Assembly: GCA_963838455.1 (NCBI GenBank)
Contig: CAWISY010000142.1
Location: forward strand, 21,763 to 85,762
Reading direction: 5' to 3'
Source of the DNA: Bryobacterales bacterium
GTDB lineage: Bacteria > Acidobacteriota > Terriglobia > Bryobacterales > Bryobacteraceae
DNA length: 64,000 nucleotides
Both the position numbers and the translations under genes were made by a program. The stretch's first letter is position 1. Each line of letters starts with the position of its first letter. Below, in pieces: positions 18,931-28,336 of this stretch. The notes below the pieces were generated by a model. It saw only the letters and a program-made list of their open reading frames with translations. It did no database searches and had not been told where the DNA came from.

Positions 18931-19010
18931 AGCCCGCAAAACGGCCAACCCAGGTTCCGGCCCGGCCGGGTCCACGCCCGTCGGACCGTCCCAGCGCCTT
19001 CGCGGGCTTG
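18931..19010. repeat. structured intergenic repeat, copy 1
   Basis: About 80% identical to 37774-37852. Closing stem AGCCCGCAAA / TTCGCGGGCT. Abuts the stop (19017-19019) of the minus-strand M10 gene. Confidence 0.65.
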
Positions 19011-19016
19011 ATGCGG

Positions 19017-20669
19017 CTATTGACGGCTGACCATCACGCTTCTCCACGCCGTGTTGCCCACGGCATCCGTTGCCGTGATGGTGACTGTGTTCGAGCCCGT
19101 CAGCAGCGGGATCGACGCGGTCCAACCGGTGGCGCCGGTGGCTGTTCCGGAGGAGCCTGTGTTGGTTTTCCAAGTTACGCTGGCGATTCCGGAGCTATCG
19201 GAAGCGGTCCCGGAGAACGTCAACGCAGCAGCGCTGGTCGAAACCGTCGAGGAACCCGGTGAAGCGATGGTCAACGTGGGCGGCGTGGTGTCCTTGGCGC
19301 CGCTGGTTGGAGTCGTCGGCGTCGGGGTTGGCGCAGGTGCGGGTGTCGGAGCCGGGGTCGGCGCCGGAGCAGGCGTCGGCGTAGGCGCAGGGGTGGGGGC
19401 CGGAGTCGGCGTGGGGGCCGGAGTCGGCGTGGGTGTCGGGGTTGGAGTTGGTGTCGGAGCGGGCGTTGGAGTGGGAGTCGGCGTCGGAGGTGTCGCAGGC
19501 CCCGCAGCGTACAGAGTCTGGACCGCGGCCACGTCGCCCGAATTCAGCGTGCTCACCATTTTGTAGTACGGATACATGACGTCGTCGGGGTCGTCGGAAT
19601 GTCCGAGGCCGAGCGAATGCCCCAGCTCATGCAGCGCCACGCTAAACAGATCCGTGTTGCTGCCGATGTGCCAGGTCTCCGAATCGTTGAAGTGCATGTC
19701 GCCGGCGATCGGCTCCGGATTGGGAGGCGCGGGATAGAACGTGTGGGCCAGCACGCCGCCCGGGCCGGTGAAAGGATAGGCGTCGCCGTGGGCGTAGGTA
19801 GCGAAGAAAATGTTTACAGTCCCGTTGGCTGTGGGATTCGAGCCCTGCTGCCAGGTCACCTGCGCCACCTTCGACCACTGCGCCATGGCCTTCTGGATCG
19901 CCGCTTCGGACTGGCTTTGGGGAAGCTGCGCGGTCATTTGGCCGAAGACATAGCCGACGGTGGCTGAGCCATGGCCGGGTCCCGCCCAGCCGTTCCCGTA
20001 AGTGGGAATGTTCTGCGTCACTGCGCCTGTGGTGGTCAGCGGCGCCGCGTAAGGCCGGCTGGGAATCGCGTGGGCAAGCTGGCGCGAGGCCGGGAAGACA
20101 TAGTTCACCTCATCCTGCGCGGCCACCGCCGCCAGCGTGGAAGTCACCGCGGCGGGAGCGTCCACCGTGATCATCAGATGTTCCGGTAACAGGTCCGGAT
20201 TGTCGTTCACCGTCAAGCCGAGCCGTAACAGCAGAGCGCGTGCGTCGCCGGGAGCGACATCGGAATGGAACTCGACCAGAAAGTGGCCCTCCCATTTGGA
20301 GGGATTGGCGGTGATGATCGGGCTGATTTTGTCGGAGGGGGCGAGCGGCGCAGCATAGATCGCGCCCAGGGCTTCGAGCGAGACGGAATGGTCCAGCGTC
20401 ACCAGCAATCCGTTCTCAGGAATTCCGTTCAGCACATGCACGCCGCGAGAGGCGAGCGCGCGCAACGTCTCCGCCGGGACCGGCTGGGCGAACTGCAGTA
20501 GCAGATGGCCGGAGCGGAAGGGAACCGGCGTGTCTATTTGATGAACTACAGCGGAAGCATCACCGTGAATCTGGCGAGTCTTCAACCGCAGCACCGGCTG
20601 ACCGAAGCAAGTTCCTGCGGCAATTCCAGCAACAAGGAGAAGGATTGGGGAATAAAGATTTGGTCTCAC
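19017..20669 (-). CDS. matrixin (M10) family zinc metalloprotease with Pro/Thr linker and C-terminal Ig-like domain
   Basis: [25 protein letters not shown] (HExxHxxGxxH plus Met-turn), a long (PT/PA)n linker and a signal peptide. Confidence 0.85.
   Translation of the reverse strand: MRPNLYSPILLLVAGIAAGTCFGQPVLRLKTRQIHGDASAVVHQIDTPVPFRSGHLLLQFAQPVPAETLRALASRGVHVLNGIPENGLLVTLDHSVSLEALGAIYAAPLAPSDKISPIITANPSKWEGHFLVEFHSDVAPGDARALLLRLGLTVNDNPDLLPEHLMITVDAPAAVTSTLAAVAAQDEVNYVFPASRQLAHAIPSRPYAAPLTTTGAVTQNIPTYGNGWAGPGHGSATVGYVFGQMTAQLPQSQSEAAIQKAMAQWSKVAQVTWQQGSNPTANGTVNIFFATYAHGDAYPFTGPGGVLAHTFYPAPPNPEPIAGDMHFNDSETWHIGSNTDLFSVALHELGHSLGLGHSDDPDDVMYPYYKMVSTLNSGDVAAVQTLYAAGPATPPTPTPTPTPAPTPTPTPTPTPTPAPTPTPAPTPAPTPTPAPAPTPAPTPAPAPTPTPTTPTSGAKDTTPPTLTIASPGSSTVSTSAAALTFSGTASDSSGIASVTWKTNTGSSGTATGATGWTASIPLLTGSNTVTITATDAVGNTAWRSVMVSRQ
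19305..19495 (-). repeat. coding tandem repeat (Pro-Thr/Pro-Ala linker)
   Basis: GGNGTCGG / GGNGCNGG periodic DNA that translates as [35 protein letters not shown]... Confidence 0.8.
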
Positions 20670-20746
20670 GAAACCCTCATCGCCATGCCATGAGAGCTTT
20701 CCTGGTCAGATACCACTGAGTACGAGTAAGGTGATTTGGCACTAAA

Positions 20747-23296
20747 ATGCGCGCGTTTTTTGCCGTTATGTATCTGGCCGCGTCCGTTGCTGGCACGGCG
20801 ACAGTCATGGGTCAGGCCGCCGGGACCTACACCATCAACAACGTCGCGGGAAGCGATTGGGTGGGCGATGGAGGTCCTGCCACCAGCGCAATTCTGATTC
20901 AGGCGCAGGGCATGGTGAGCGACCGCGCCGGGAATCTTTACATCGCCGATGCGGGAGATCATCGCGTGCGCAAGGTCGCGGCGAACGGGGTGATTCAAAC
21001 CGTCGCCGGCACGGCAGTGTTCGGGTTTTCGGGCGACGGCGGGCCGGCGGCGCAGGCACAACTGAACACACCCTACGGTCTGGCGCTGGACACGCAGGGC
21101 AATCTGTACATTGCGGATCTGGGCAACGCGCGAGTCCGGCGCGTGGCCCCGGATGGAACCATCGTCACGGTTGCCGGAGGCGGGTTGCTACCGGCTGGGG
21201 CAGCCAACAACGGCACCACGGCGACGATGCTTGCGCTCACAGCGCCGCGAAATTTGGCTTTCGATGCGAGCGGCAATCTCTACATCTCGGATTTCGGCGC
21301 GGCGCAGGTGTACCAGGTGTCGCCGCAAGGCTCGCTGGTGACGTTCGCGGGAACCGGAATTGCGGGCGCAGCGGGCGACAATGGAGCGGCCATCGCGGCT
21401 CAGCTCAATCATCCCGCGGGCCTGGCTTTCGATTCGCAAGGGGCGCTGTATATCGCCGATAGCGCCAACCACTTGGTGCGACGGGTCAAGCAAGGCCTGA
21501 TCACGTCCTACGCGCGCGCGGCTACTCCGACGGGCCTAGCCTTCGATTCGAGCGGCAACCTGTACATCGCCGACACCTCGGCGGGCGATATCGCGGTGGT
21601 TCCGGTTTCGGGCTCGGCGTCTACCATCGCCGGCACCGTCCCCGTCGCCGCGCTCGACCTGTGCTATTCGAGCGGCGTCGGCCTGTACGCATCCACGGGG
21701 GTGGAGGTGATTACGGCCTCGGCACAGGTTCCTGCGGCCGTCGCCGGCGGCGGAAATCTGGCGCATGGCGATGACGGACCGGCGATCCTGGCGCGCCTGA
21801 ACCATCCTGCAGGCGTCAGCACCGATGCGGCCGGTAACATCTATATCGCCGACCGCGACAACAATCGCATCCGCCGCGTGGCGCCCGACGGCACCATCAC
21901 TACGATTGCGGGAACGGGGGTCGCCGGCAACTCGGGCGATGGCGGCGAGGCCACAGCGGCGGAGTTGAACCAACCCTCCTCGGTGACTGTGGATGCCTCC
22001 GGCAACCTGTACATCGCCGATACCGGCAATGCCCGGGTCCGCAAGGTCTCGCCCGGCGGCGTCATCACCGCGGCCACCAATCTGGGGCTGGTTGCGCCGG
22101 TTTACGCCATCGCGAATTCCTCGGGTACGCTGTATATCGCCGATGCCGGGGCGGGAAAAATCCTCACGGCGGGGAGCAACGGCGTTCCGGCGACGCTGCT
22201 GAGCGGGCTCACCTCGCCACGCGGCCTCGCGTTCGACGGCCAGGGCAACCTCTACTTCACCGACGCCGGTGCGGCGCGCGTGGCTAGTCTGTCGCCGAGC
22301 GGAACGGTCTCGAGCATTGGCTCCGGATGGAACGTCCCGCGCGGCGTTGCGCTCGATTCCTCGGGCAACGTTTGGGTTGCCGATACCGGCTTGCAGCAAA
22401 TTATCGAGGTGGGCGCTGCGGGAGGCACGACCGTCATCGCGGGTTCAGGAATCGCCGGGCTCTCGGGCGACGGAGGGCCAGCCGCCACCGCGCAGCTCGG
22501 CTTCCCCTGGGATGTGAGCTTTGCGCCCAATAATTCTTCGGCCGCTTCTGCAGCGGGCGGGAGCGGGGTGGTGCTCATTGCGGATCTGGAGAACAATCGC
22601 ATTCGCTCCTTGACGCCTCCCGCCGCTACCGCCACGCAAGTGCAGAGCTCCGCGGGAGCGCCTGCAGGAAGCACATCGTCCACGACGCCGGTGGCGGGAA
22701 ATGTCACCATCGTCAACGCGGCCAGCCTCGCGCCCGGGCCGATCGCCCCAGGCATGCTCTTGCTGATCGGAGGCAGCGGCATCAGCCCCACCCAAATCCC
22801 CGACACCACCATCGCCTTCGGACCCAACCCCGCGCGCATCATTTCCGCCGACGCGACCGGAATTGAGGTGCTGGCGCCGGACACCATTGCCGGAGCAAGC
22901 AGCGTGCCCGTCGAAATCATCTACCAGAACACCGTCCTGGCGTCGGTTCCGGTCGCGGTTGCGAATGAAGCTCCCGGACTGTTCTCCACTCCGACTGGGC
23001 AGGCTGCGGCGAACAATCAGGACGGCTCCGTCAACGCCCAGGCCAATCCCGCCGCGCGAGGGTCCATCGTCGCCCTGTATGGAACCGGTCTCGGAATTGC
23101 CGGCGACCCGGTCAGCGTCACCATCGGAAACTACCCCGCAGTCGTGCTTTACGCCGGACCGGCCTCCGGTTACCCCGGCCTGTTCCAGATCAACGCCCAA
23201 GTCCCCTCCGGCTATGCGCCCACCGGAGACTTGCCGGTAACCGTCACCGTCGGGACCTCGCCGACCCAGGCTGGCGTGTTGCTCTGGGTTGATTGA
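20747..23296 (+). CDS. NHL-repeat beta-propeller protein with TIGR03437-like C-terminal domain
   Basis: Many repeats of LN.P.G+A.D..GNLYIAD..N.R+R+V. C-terminus IVALYGTGLG...VLYAGPASGYPGLFQINAQVP is typical of the Solibacter C-terminal family. Confidence 0.85.
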   Translation: MRAFFAVMYLAASVAGTATVMGQAAGTYTINNVAGSDWVGDGGPATSAILIQAQGMVSDRAGNLYIADAGDHRVRKVAANGVIQTVAGTAVFGFSGDGGPAAQAQLNTPYGLALDTQGNLYIADLGNARVRRVAPDGTIVTVAGGGLLPAGAANNGTTATMLALTAPRNLAFDASGNLYISDFGAAQVYQVSPQGSLVTFAGTGIAGAAGDNGAAIAAQLNHPAGLAFDSQGALYIADSANHLVRRVKQGLITSYARAATPTGLAFDSSGNLYIADTSAGDIAVVPVSGSASTIAGTVPVAALDLCYSSGVGLYASTGVEVITASAQVPAAVAGGGNLAHGDDGPAILARLNHPAGVSTDAAGNIYIADRDNNRIRRVAPDGTITTIAGTGVAGNSGDGGEATAAELNQPSSVTVDASGNLYIADTGNARVRKVSPGGVITAATNLGLVAPVYAIANSSGTLYIADAGAGKILTAGSNGVPATLLSGLTSPRGLAFDGQGNLYFTDAGAARVASLSPSGTVSSIGSGWNVPRGVALDSSGNVWVADTGLQQIIEVGAAGGTTVIAGSGIAGLSGDGGPAATAQLGFPWDVSFAPNNSSAASAAGGSGVVLIADLENNRIRSLTPPAATATQVQSSAGAPAGSTSSTTPVAGNVTIVNAASLAPGPIAPGMLLLIGGSGISPTQIPDTTIAFGPNPARIISADATGIEVLAPDTIAGASSVPVEIIYQNTVLASVPVAVANEAPGLFSTPTGQAAANNQDGSVNAQANPAARGSIVALYGTGLGIAGDPVSVTIGNYPAVVLYAGPASGYPGLFQINAQVPSGYAPTGDLPVTVTVGTSPTQAGVLLWVD

Positions 23297-23328
23297 GAAG
23301 CCGATTAAAAAATATTTTCCCCCACCCC

Positions 23329-23364
23329 TTGACAAGCACCCGCGTTAGTACTAAATATTTAGTA
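23329..23364 (+). promoter_or_regulatory. promoter with embedded 16-bp perfect palindrome (putative BlaI operator); probably leaderless mRNA
   Basis: TTGACA at 23329-23334, then 16-17 nt to the AT-rich TACTAAAT. Palindrome TACTAAAT/ATTTAGTA spans 23349-23364 and ends on the A of the ATG. No Shine-Dalgarno sequence. Confidence 0.5.
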
Positions 23365-23783
23365 TGCGCTCTGCCAAAGGCCTCACCGCCCAGGAACTGG
23401 AAATCATGAAGGTCGTCTGGAAGCTGGAATCCGCTACCGTCCGTCAAGTCTACGAATTGCTGCTCAAGAAGCGGCACATCGCCTACACCACGGTCATGAC
23501 CATGATGAAGATTCTGGAGCAGAAAGGCTTTCTCAAGAAACGCCAGGAGGACCGCGCCTACGTCTACACCCCCACGCAACCGCAGAAGCAGGTGGTGGGC
23601 GGAATGGTGCGCGAGTTCATCAATCGCGTATTCAACGGCTCAGCCGAACCGCTGCTGCTGCACCTGGTGGAGGATCAGCACCTGACCGAGGGCGATCTCG
23701 AAGAAATTCGCAAAGCCATCCGCGCCGGCCGCCCGCACAAAGGGGAGCCGCACAAAGGAGAGGCCGGCAAGGGAGAGAAGTAG
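23364..23783 (+). CDS. BlaI/MecI/CopY-family transcriptional repressor
   Basis: LTAQELEIMKVVW...TVRQVYELL...IAYTTVMTMMKILEQKGFLKK winged helix. C-terminal HKGE repeats. Confidence 0.9.
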   Translation: MRSAKGLTAQELEIMKVVWKLESATVRQVYELLLKKRHIAYTTVMTMMKILEQKGFLKKRQEDRAYVYTPTQPQKQVVGGMVREFINRVFNGSAEPLLLHLVEDQHLTEGDLEEIRKAIRAGRPHKGEPHKGEAGKGEK

Positions 23784-23784
23784 T

Positions 23785-25725
23785 ATGCACGCTTTCTTCA
23801 ACACCTCACCGGCCGTCTCCGCCCTCCTCACCCAAAACCTGCTCACGTGGTCCGAGCAGGCGTTTCTCCTGGCCGCCGCCGCGGCGCTCGTCTCTTTCGC
23901 CATGGCCCATCCCAAAGGCCGCCTGACGATGTGGCAAACCGTGCTGCTGATCCTTCTGCTGCTCCCTTTGATCGAGCCTTGGCGCACTCCTCCCTTGCAG
24001 CTCCTGGCGCCCGCGGCAACAGCGGACGCCTCCATCGAACCCGTGGCGGCAAGCACCCAGGCAATCGCCCCGCACTGGCGCACCGAATATTGGCTCTATC
24101 TCATCGCCGCGGGCGCGGCCTTGCGGCTGATCTGGGCCGCCGCCGGACTGCTCCGTCTCCGCGGCTATCGCTTGCAGGCCGTCGCGCTGGCGGAGCCACC
24201 TCTACGATTCGCCTCGGGCGCGGCCGTCTGGTGTGTGAGCGACTCCATCCCCGGCCCCGTCACTTACGGCTGGCGCCGCCCCGTCATTCTTCTTCCCTCA
24301 CGAATCCTGAACCTGCCCGTCGAGCTCTGTGAGGCGATCCAGTGCCACGAGCTCATCCATGTCCGCCGCCGCGACTGGCTGTTCGTGCTTGGGGAGATGC
24401 TGATTCGCGCGGTCCTCTGGTTCCACCCGGCAGTCTGGTTCGTGCTGAATCGCATTCAGCTCGCCCGCGAGCAGGTGGTCGACAGCGAAGCCATCGCCCT
24501 GCTCCAGAATCGCGACCGTTATCTCGACGCCCTGGTCGCCGTCGCCCATTATCAACTGCGGCCGGATCTCGCTCCCGCGCCATCATTTTTGCGCAAGCCC
24601 CAATTAGTCGCCCGAGTCCGGGCAGTCATCGAGGAGGTTCCCATGTCCCGTTCCAGAATCGCAATCGCAACCGCCGCCGCGTGCTCTATTTTGCCGATGG
24701 CCGCCGGCGCAGCCGTGTGGCTGTTCCCCTTCGTAGCCCAGGCCCAGACGGTTATTGACGGCCCCGGCGTCACGGTCAACCCCGGCGCCGTCCTGCTGCA
24801 CCGCGCTCCCGTGCGCATCCCCAACGGCCCGGCCGTCTCCGGAACGGTGATCCTCGAAGCCACCCTGGCCTCCAATGGCGAGGTTAGCGACGCGCGCGTC
24901 ATCAGTGGTCCGGCAGAGTTGCGCAAAGATGCTCTTTCTAGCGTGCTGGAGTGGCACTATCAGCCCGGCCCGTCATTTGCGCAAATCTCCATCCAGTTCG
25001 CCGCGCCCGCCACTTCCACCGCCACCGCGCTGCTCGCGCAACCCTCACCATCTGCTTTCGTCCCCGTGCCTCGACTGGGTGCCCCTGGAGGGCGGGGGCC
25101 AGCGGCGCCGGCTTCAGCAGTGCCAGCGACCTTCCCGGCGACCGTCAAATCGATCAATGTCGTGGGCCTGACTCCCGAAGGCGAGCAGCAACTCCGCGCC
25201 CAGCTTCCCCTCCACGTAGGCGACACCGTCACCCAATCCGACGTGGATAACTTGAGGAGCACCCTCCAGGCCTTCGACACCCATCTCAGCCGAACCTACC
25301 TCCTGAGCGCCGCGCCCGGAGGCGGCAGCGAAGTCACGCTGAATATCCGCACTTTGGCTCAGCCGCAAGCAGCCTTCGCTCCGCCGCCACCACCCCCGCC
25401 GCCGACGGCCGAGCTTCAGAACGTCCCCCCGGGCGTACAACGCATTTCGTCCGCAGTTCAAGCTGCGAAATTAATCCAAGGCCCCAAGCCGGCATACCCG
25501 CCCATCGCAAAGCAGGCGCGCATCCAAGGCTCCGTCACGCTGCAGGCTCTGATTGCGAAGGACGGAACGGTCCAGAGTCTGCAAGTGCTCTCGAGCCAGA
25601 ATCCGCTGTTGACCCCTGCCGCCATAGACGCCGTCAAGAATTGGGTCTATCAGCCCACCCTCCTCAACGACGAGCCGGTCGCAGTAGCCACAACCGTCAC
25701 CGTTAACTTCAGCCTGCAAGACTAG
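23785..25725 (+). CDS. BlaR1-like M56 peptidase fused to TonB C-terminal domains (paralog 1)
   Basis: QCHELIHVRRRDW (HExxH) in a polytopic N-terminus, a POTRA-like segment, a Pro-rich stretch (PPPPPPPP) and a TonB_C end (GSVTLQALIAKDGTVQSLQVL...). Confidence 0.85.
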   Translation: MHAFFNTSPAVSALLTQNLLTWSEQAFLLAAAAALVSFAMAHPKGRLTMWQTVLLILLLLPLIEPWRTPPLQLLAPAATADASIEPVAASTQAIAPHWRTEYWLYLIAAGAALRLIWAAAGLLRLRGYRLQAVALAEPPLRFASGAAVWCVSDSIPGPVTYGWRRPVILLPSRILNLPVELCEAIQCHELIHVRRRDWLFVLGEMLIRAVLWFHPAVWFVLNRIQLAREQVVDSEAIALLQNRDRYLDALVAVAHYQLRPDLAPAPSFLRKPQLVARVRAVIEEVPMSRSRIAIATAAACSILPMAAGAAVWLFPFVAQAQTVIDGPGVTVNPGAVLLHRAPVRIPNGPAVSGTVILEATLASNGEVSDARVISGPAELRKDALSSVLEWHYQPGPSFAQISIQFAAPATSTATALLAQPSPSAFVPVPRLGAPGGRGPAAPASAVPATFPATVKSINVVGLTPEGEQQLRAQLPLHVGDTVTQSDVDNLRSTLQAFDTHLSRTYLLSAAPGGGSEVTLNIRTLAQPQAAFAPPPPPPPPTAELQNVPPGVQRISSAVQAAKLIQGPKPAYPPIAKQARIQGSVTLQALIAKDGTVQSLQVLSSQNPLLTPAAIDAVKNWVYQPTLLNDEPVAVATTVTVNFSLQD

Positions 25726-25737
25726 AGGACATTCGCC

Positions 25738-27558
25738 GTGAACATCCAGACCATCCCTCTGACCCTGCTGATGTGGAGCGCGCAGGTTGCGGTCTTGACT
25801 GCCGCCGCGGCGCTGGCGGCGATGGCGATTGCGCATCCCAAGGGCCGCCTGGCGCTGTGGCAGGGATTGCTCGCGGTGTTGCTGCTGCTGCCCGCCATCG
25901 AGCCGTGGAAAGCCGCGCCGCTGCCCATGATCGCGCCAGTGCCGCAGGCAACGTTCGAGATCGCCTACAATCCAGCGGCTTCGCAGCCGGCCAGCCTGCA
26001 CTGGCGCCCCGAATACTGGCTGTGGCTAATCGCAGCCGGCGCGGCACTGCGCCTTTTGTGGATGGCCGCCGGATTCCTGCGGCTGCAGCGCTACCGCCGG
26101 TACGCCCACCCGATTGCCGAGCCGCTGCCTTCGTCGGCGGGCTCGGTCGCCTGGTACGCCAGCGACGCGGTTCCCGGTCCGGTGACCTACGGCTGGCGCA
26201 GGCCAGTGATTTTGCTTCCGTCCAAGACGCTGGACCTGCCCGCCGATCTCCGCGAGGCCATCCAGTGTCACGAACTGATCCACGTCCACCGCGGCGATTG
26301 GCTCTGGGTGGTGGGCGAGACCGTGGTGCGCAGCCTGCTCTGGTTTCACCCCGCCATCTGGTTCGTGATGAATCGGATTCAACTGGCGCGAGAACAGGTT
26401 GTCGACCAGCAAGCCGTCGGGTTGCTCCACAATCGCGACTCCTATCTGGACGCGCTGGTGGCCGTCGCGGCGTATCAGCTCCGGCCGGATCTTACCCCCG
26501 CGCCTTTGTTCTTGAGAAAGCGCCATCTGCTGGCGCGAGTCGAAGCAGTTGTGAAGGAGGTTCCTATGTCCCGTCCCAGAATGTTTGCCGGAATCACGGC
26601 CGTTTGCTCGCTATTGCCCGTAGCGGCCTTTGCCGCCGCGTGGATGTTCCCCTTTGTTACTCCGACCCAGGTTCGAGCCCAAATGATCAAGGGTAAAATG
26701 GTCACCGCCGCCGTGGCGGACAGCCCCGGCGTTACCGTCGAGCCCGGCGGCGTCCTGCTCCATCGCGCGGCCGTCCTGGCCCCAGCGGGCACCACCGCCA
26801 CCGGGAAAGTGCTGCTGGAGGCAACGCTCAACGCCCAGGGTGAAGTCACCGACGCGCGCGTGATCAGTGGTCCGCAGGAGCTGCGCAACGCCGCGCTCTC
26901 CAGCGTCCTGCAGTGGCACTATCAGCCCGGCCCCACCGTGGCTGAGATCGGAATTCAGTTCAGCGCCGCCACCAACGCCGCTTCTCCGTCACCGGCTCCT
27001 CCTCCGGTTCCGCAGCCTTTGACGACGCTCAACGGCATCGAATTCCGCGGCCTCAGCGCCGAAGCCGAGCAGGAGTTGCGGCAGCGCCTGCCCCTGCATG
27101 CGGGAGACGCAATCACGCCGCAGCTTATGGCCGACAGCTTCGCCGTACTGCATTCCTATGACAGGCACCTCGGTATGAGAGCGGTCAACCGAGTCCCGGG
27201 CGGCTATTCTTTGGTGATCGGGCCGCAGAGCGTGCCGGCGACGGCTGCCACGGCTGCTGCGCCTGCCACGGTCTACCGTCCCGGCGGCGACATCTCCAAT
27301 CCTGTCCCCATCAGCCGCCCGCAGCCTGAATACTCCGAAGAAGCCAAAACAGCCAAGTGGGGTGGAACGGTGCTGCTGTCCGTGGTGGTGGATGAAACCG
27401 GACACACTCGCGACATTCGTGTGCTGAAGCCTCTAGGCTTCGGCCTGGATGAGAAAGCCATCGAAGCCGTCTCCAAGTGGACCTTCCGCCCCGGGATGAA
27501 GAGCGGAGTGGCTGTCCCGGTCACCGCGCAGATCGAGGTGAGCTTCCGGCCGCTCTAG
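25738..27558 (+). CDS. BlaR1-like M56 peptidase fused to TonB C-terminal domains (paralog 2)
   Basis: GTG start. QCHELIHVHRGDW. High identity to paralog 1 across the M56 domain and the first periplasmic domain. TonB_C end (GTVLLSVVVDETGHTRDIRVLK). Confidence 0.85.
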   Translation: MNIQTIPLTLLMWSAQVAVLTAAAALAAMAIAHPKGRLALWQGLLAVLLLLPAIEPWKAAPLPMIAPVPQATFEIAYNPAASQPASLHWRPEYWLWLIAAGAALRLLWMAAGFLRLQRYRRYAHPIAEPLPSSAGSVAWYASDAVPGPVTYGWRRPVILLPSKTLDLPADLREAIQCHELIHVHRGDWLWVVGETVVRSLLWFHPAIWFVMNRIQLAREQVVDQQAVGLLHNRDSYLDALVAVAAYQLRPDLTPAPLFLRKRHLLARVEAVVKEVPMSRPRMFAGITAVCSLLPVAAFAAAWMFPFVTPTQVRAQMIKGKMVTAAVADSPGVTVEPGGVLLHRAAVLAPAGTTATGKVLLEATLNAQGEVTDARVISGPQELRNAALSSVLQWHYQPGPTVAEIGIQFSAATNAASPSPAPPPVPQPLTTLNGIEFRGLSAEAEQELRQRLPLHAGDAITPQLMADSFAVLHSYDRHLGMRAVNRVPGGYSLVIGPQSVPATAATAAAPATVYRPGGDISNPVPISRPQPEYSEEAKTAKWGGTVLLSVVVDETGHTRDIRVLKPLGFGLDEKAIEAVSKWTFRPGMKSGVAVPVTAQIEVSFRPL

Positions 27559-27602
27559 CTGGAGCATGCTATAGTGCTAAATTGCCCGCCTTGGCGCGGA
27601 CC

Positions 27603-28325
27603 ATGCAGCACGAGGCCTCTACTACAGACCAATACACCCTTCTGGATCAGCAGCTTATGAGCCGGGCCACGCGCTATTTCGCGTGGCAAGCCTCGACCGC
27701 CCAAGCGCATCTGGGCCGGCGAGTCATCGAAACCGGCTGCGGCATCGGCAACTTCACCCGCTACTTGACCGGTTGCGAACTGGTGGTCAGCATCGATGTG
27801 GTGGAGGAGTGCGTGGAGCGCAACCGCGCCCATTTCGCCTCCCATCCCAACATGCAGTTCCGCTGGCTGGATGTCCAGAACCCGGCCTTCCTCGACTTGA
27901 AATCGCTGCGCCCGGACACCGTCGTGTGTCTCAATGTGCTGGAGCATGTGCGTGACGATCGCCTGGCCCTCAAGCACATGCATCACGTGCTGGTCCCGGG
28001 CGGGCGCGCCATCTTCTTACTGCCGGCCTTCGAAGCGCTGTACGGACCCATCGACAGCAACCTGGGCCACTTCCGCCGCTACTCCAAAGCCGGGTGGCGC
28101 AAAATGGCGGAGGAAACCGGCTTCCGCGTCACGGAATCGCGCTACTCCAATCCAATCGGCTTCGTGGGATGGTGGATTGGCGCCCGAATCCTGCACCGCC
28201 AAACACATTCCGCCGCGATGATCAAAATCTTCGACCGCTTCGCCGTTCCTCTCCAATCGCAAATCGAGCGATGGATTGAGCCGCCCTTCGGACAATCCAT
28301 CTTTACCGTTCTTGAGAAGGTATAA
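27603..28325 (+). CDS. class I SAM-dependent methyltransferase
   Basis: VIETGCGIGNF (motif I), VVCLNVLEHV, GGRAIFLLP. Confidence 0.8.
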   Translation: MQHEASTTDQYTLLDQQLMSRATRYFAWQASTAQAHLGRRVIETGCGIGNFTRYLTGCELVVSIDVVEECVERNRAHFASHPNMQFRWLDVQNPAFLDLKSLRPDTVVCLNVLEHVRDDRLALKHMHHVLVPGGRAIFLLPAFEALYGPIDSNLGHFRRYSKAGWRKMAEETGFRVTESRYSNPIGFVGWWIGARILHRQTHSAAMIKIFDRFAVPLQSQIERWIEPPFGQSIFTVLEKV

Positions 28326-28336
28326 TCTCACCGGAG

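Noticed and set aside
19305-19495. Periodic GGNGTCGG repeats that might suggest a CRISPR array or satellite; the same question arises for 11978-12098
   Set aside because: Both lie inside long ORFs and translate into Pro-Thr/Pro-Ala and Gly/Ala/Arg linkers. There is no repeat-spacer architecture.
20733-20750. Sigma54-like TGGCAC-N5-TGC just before the NHL gene
   Set aside because: The GG-to-GC spacing is one base short of the -24/-12 consensus. The element also overlaps the ATG at 20747, leaving no room for a transcript leader.
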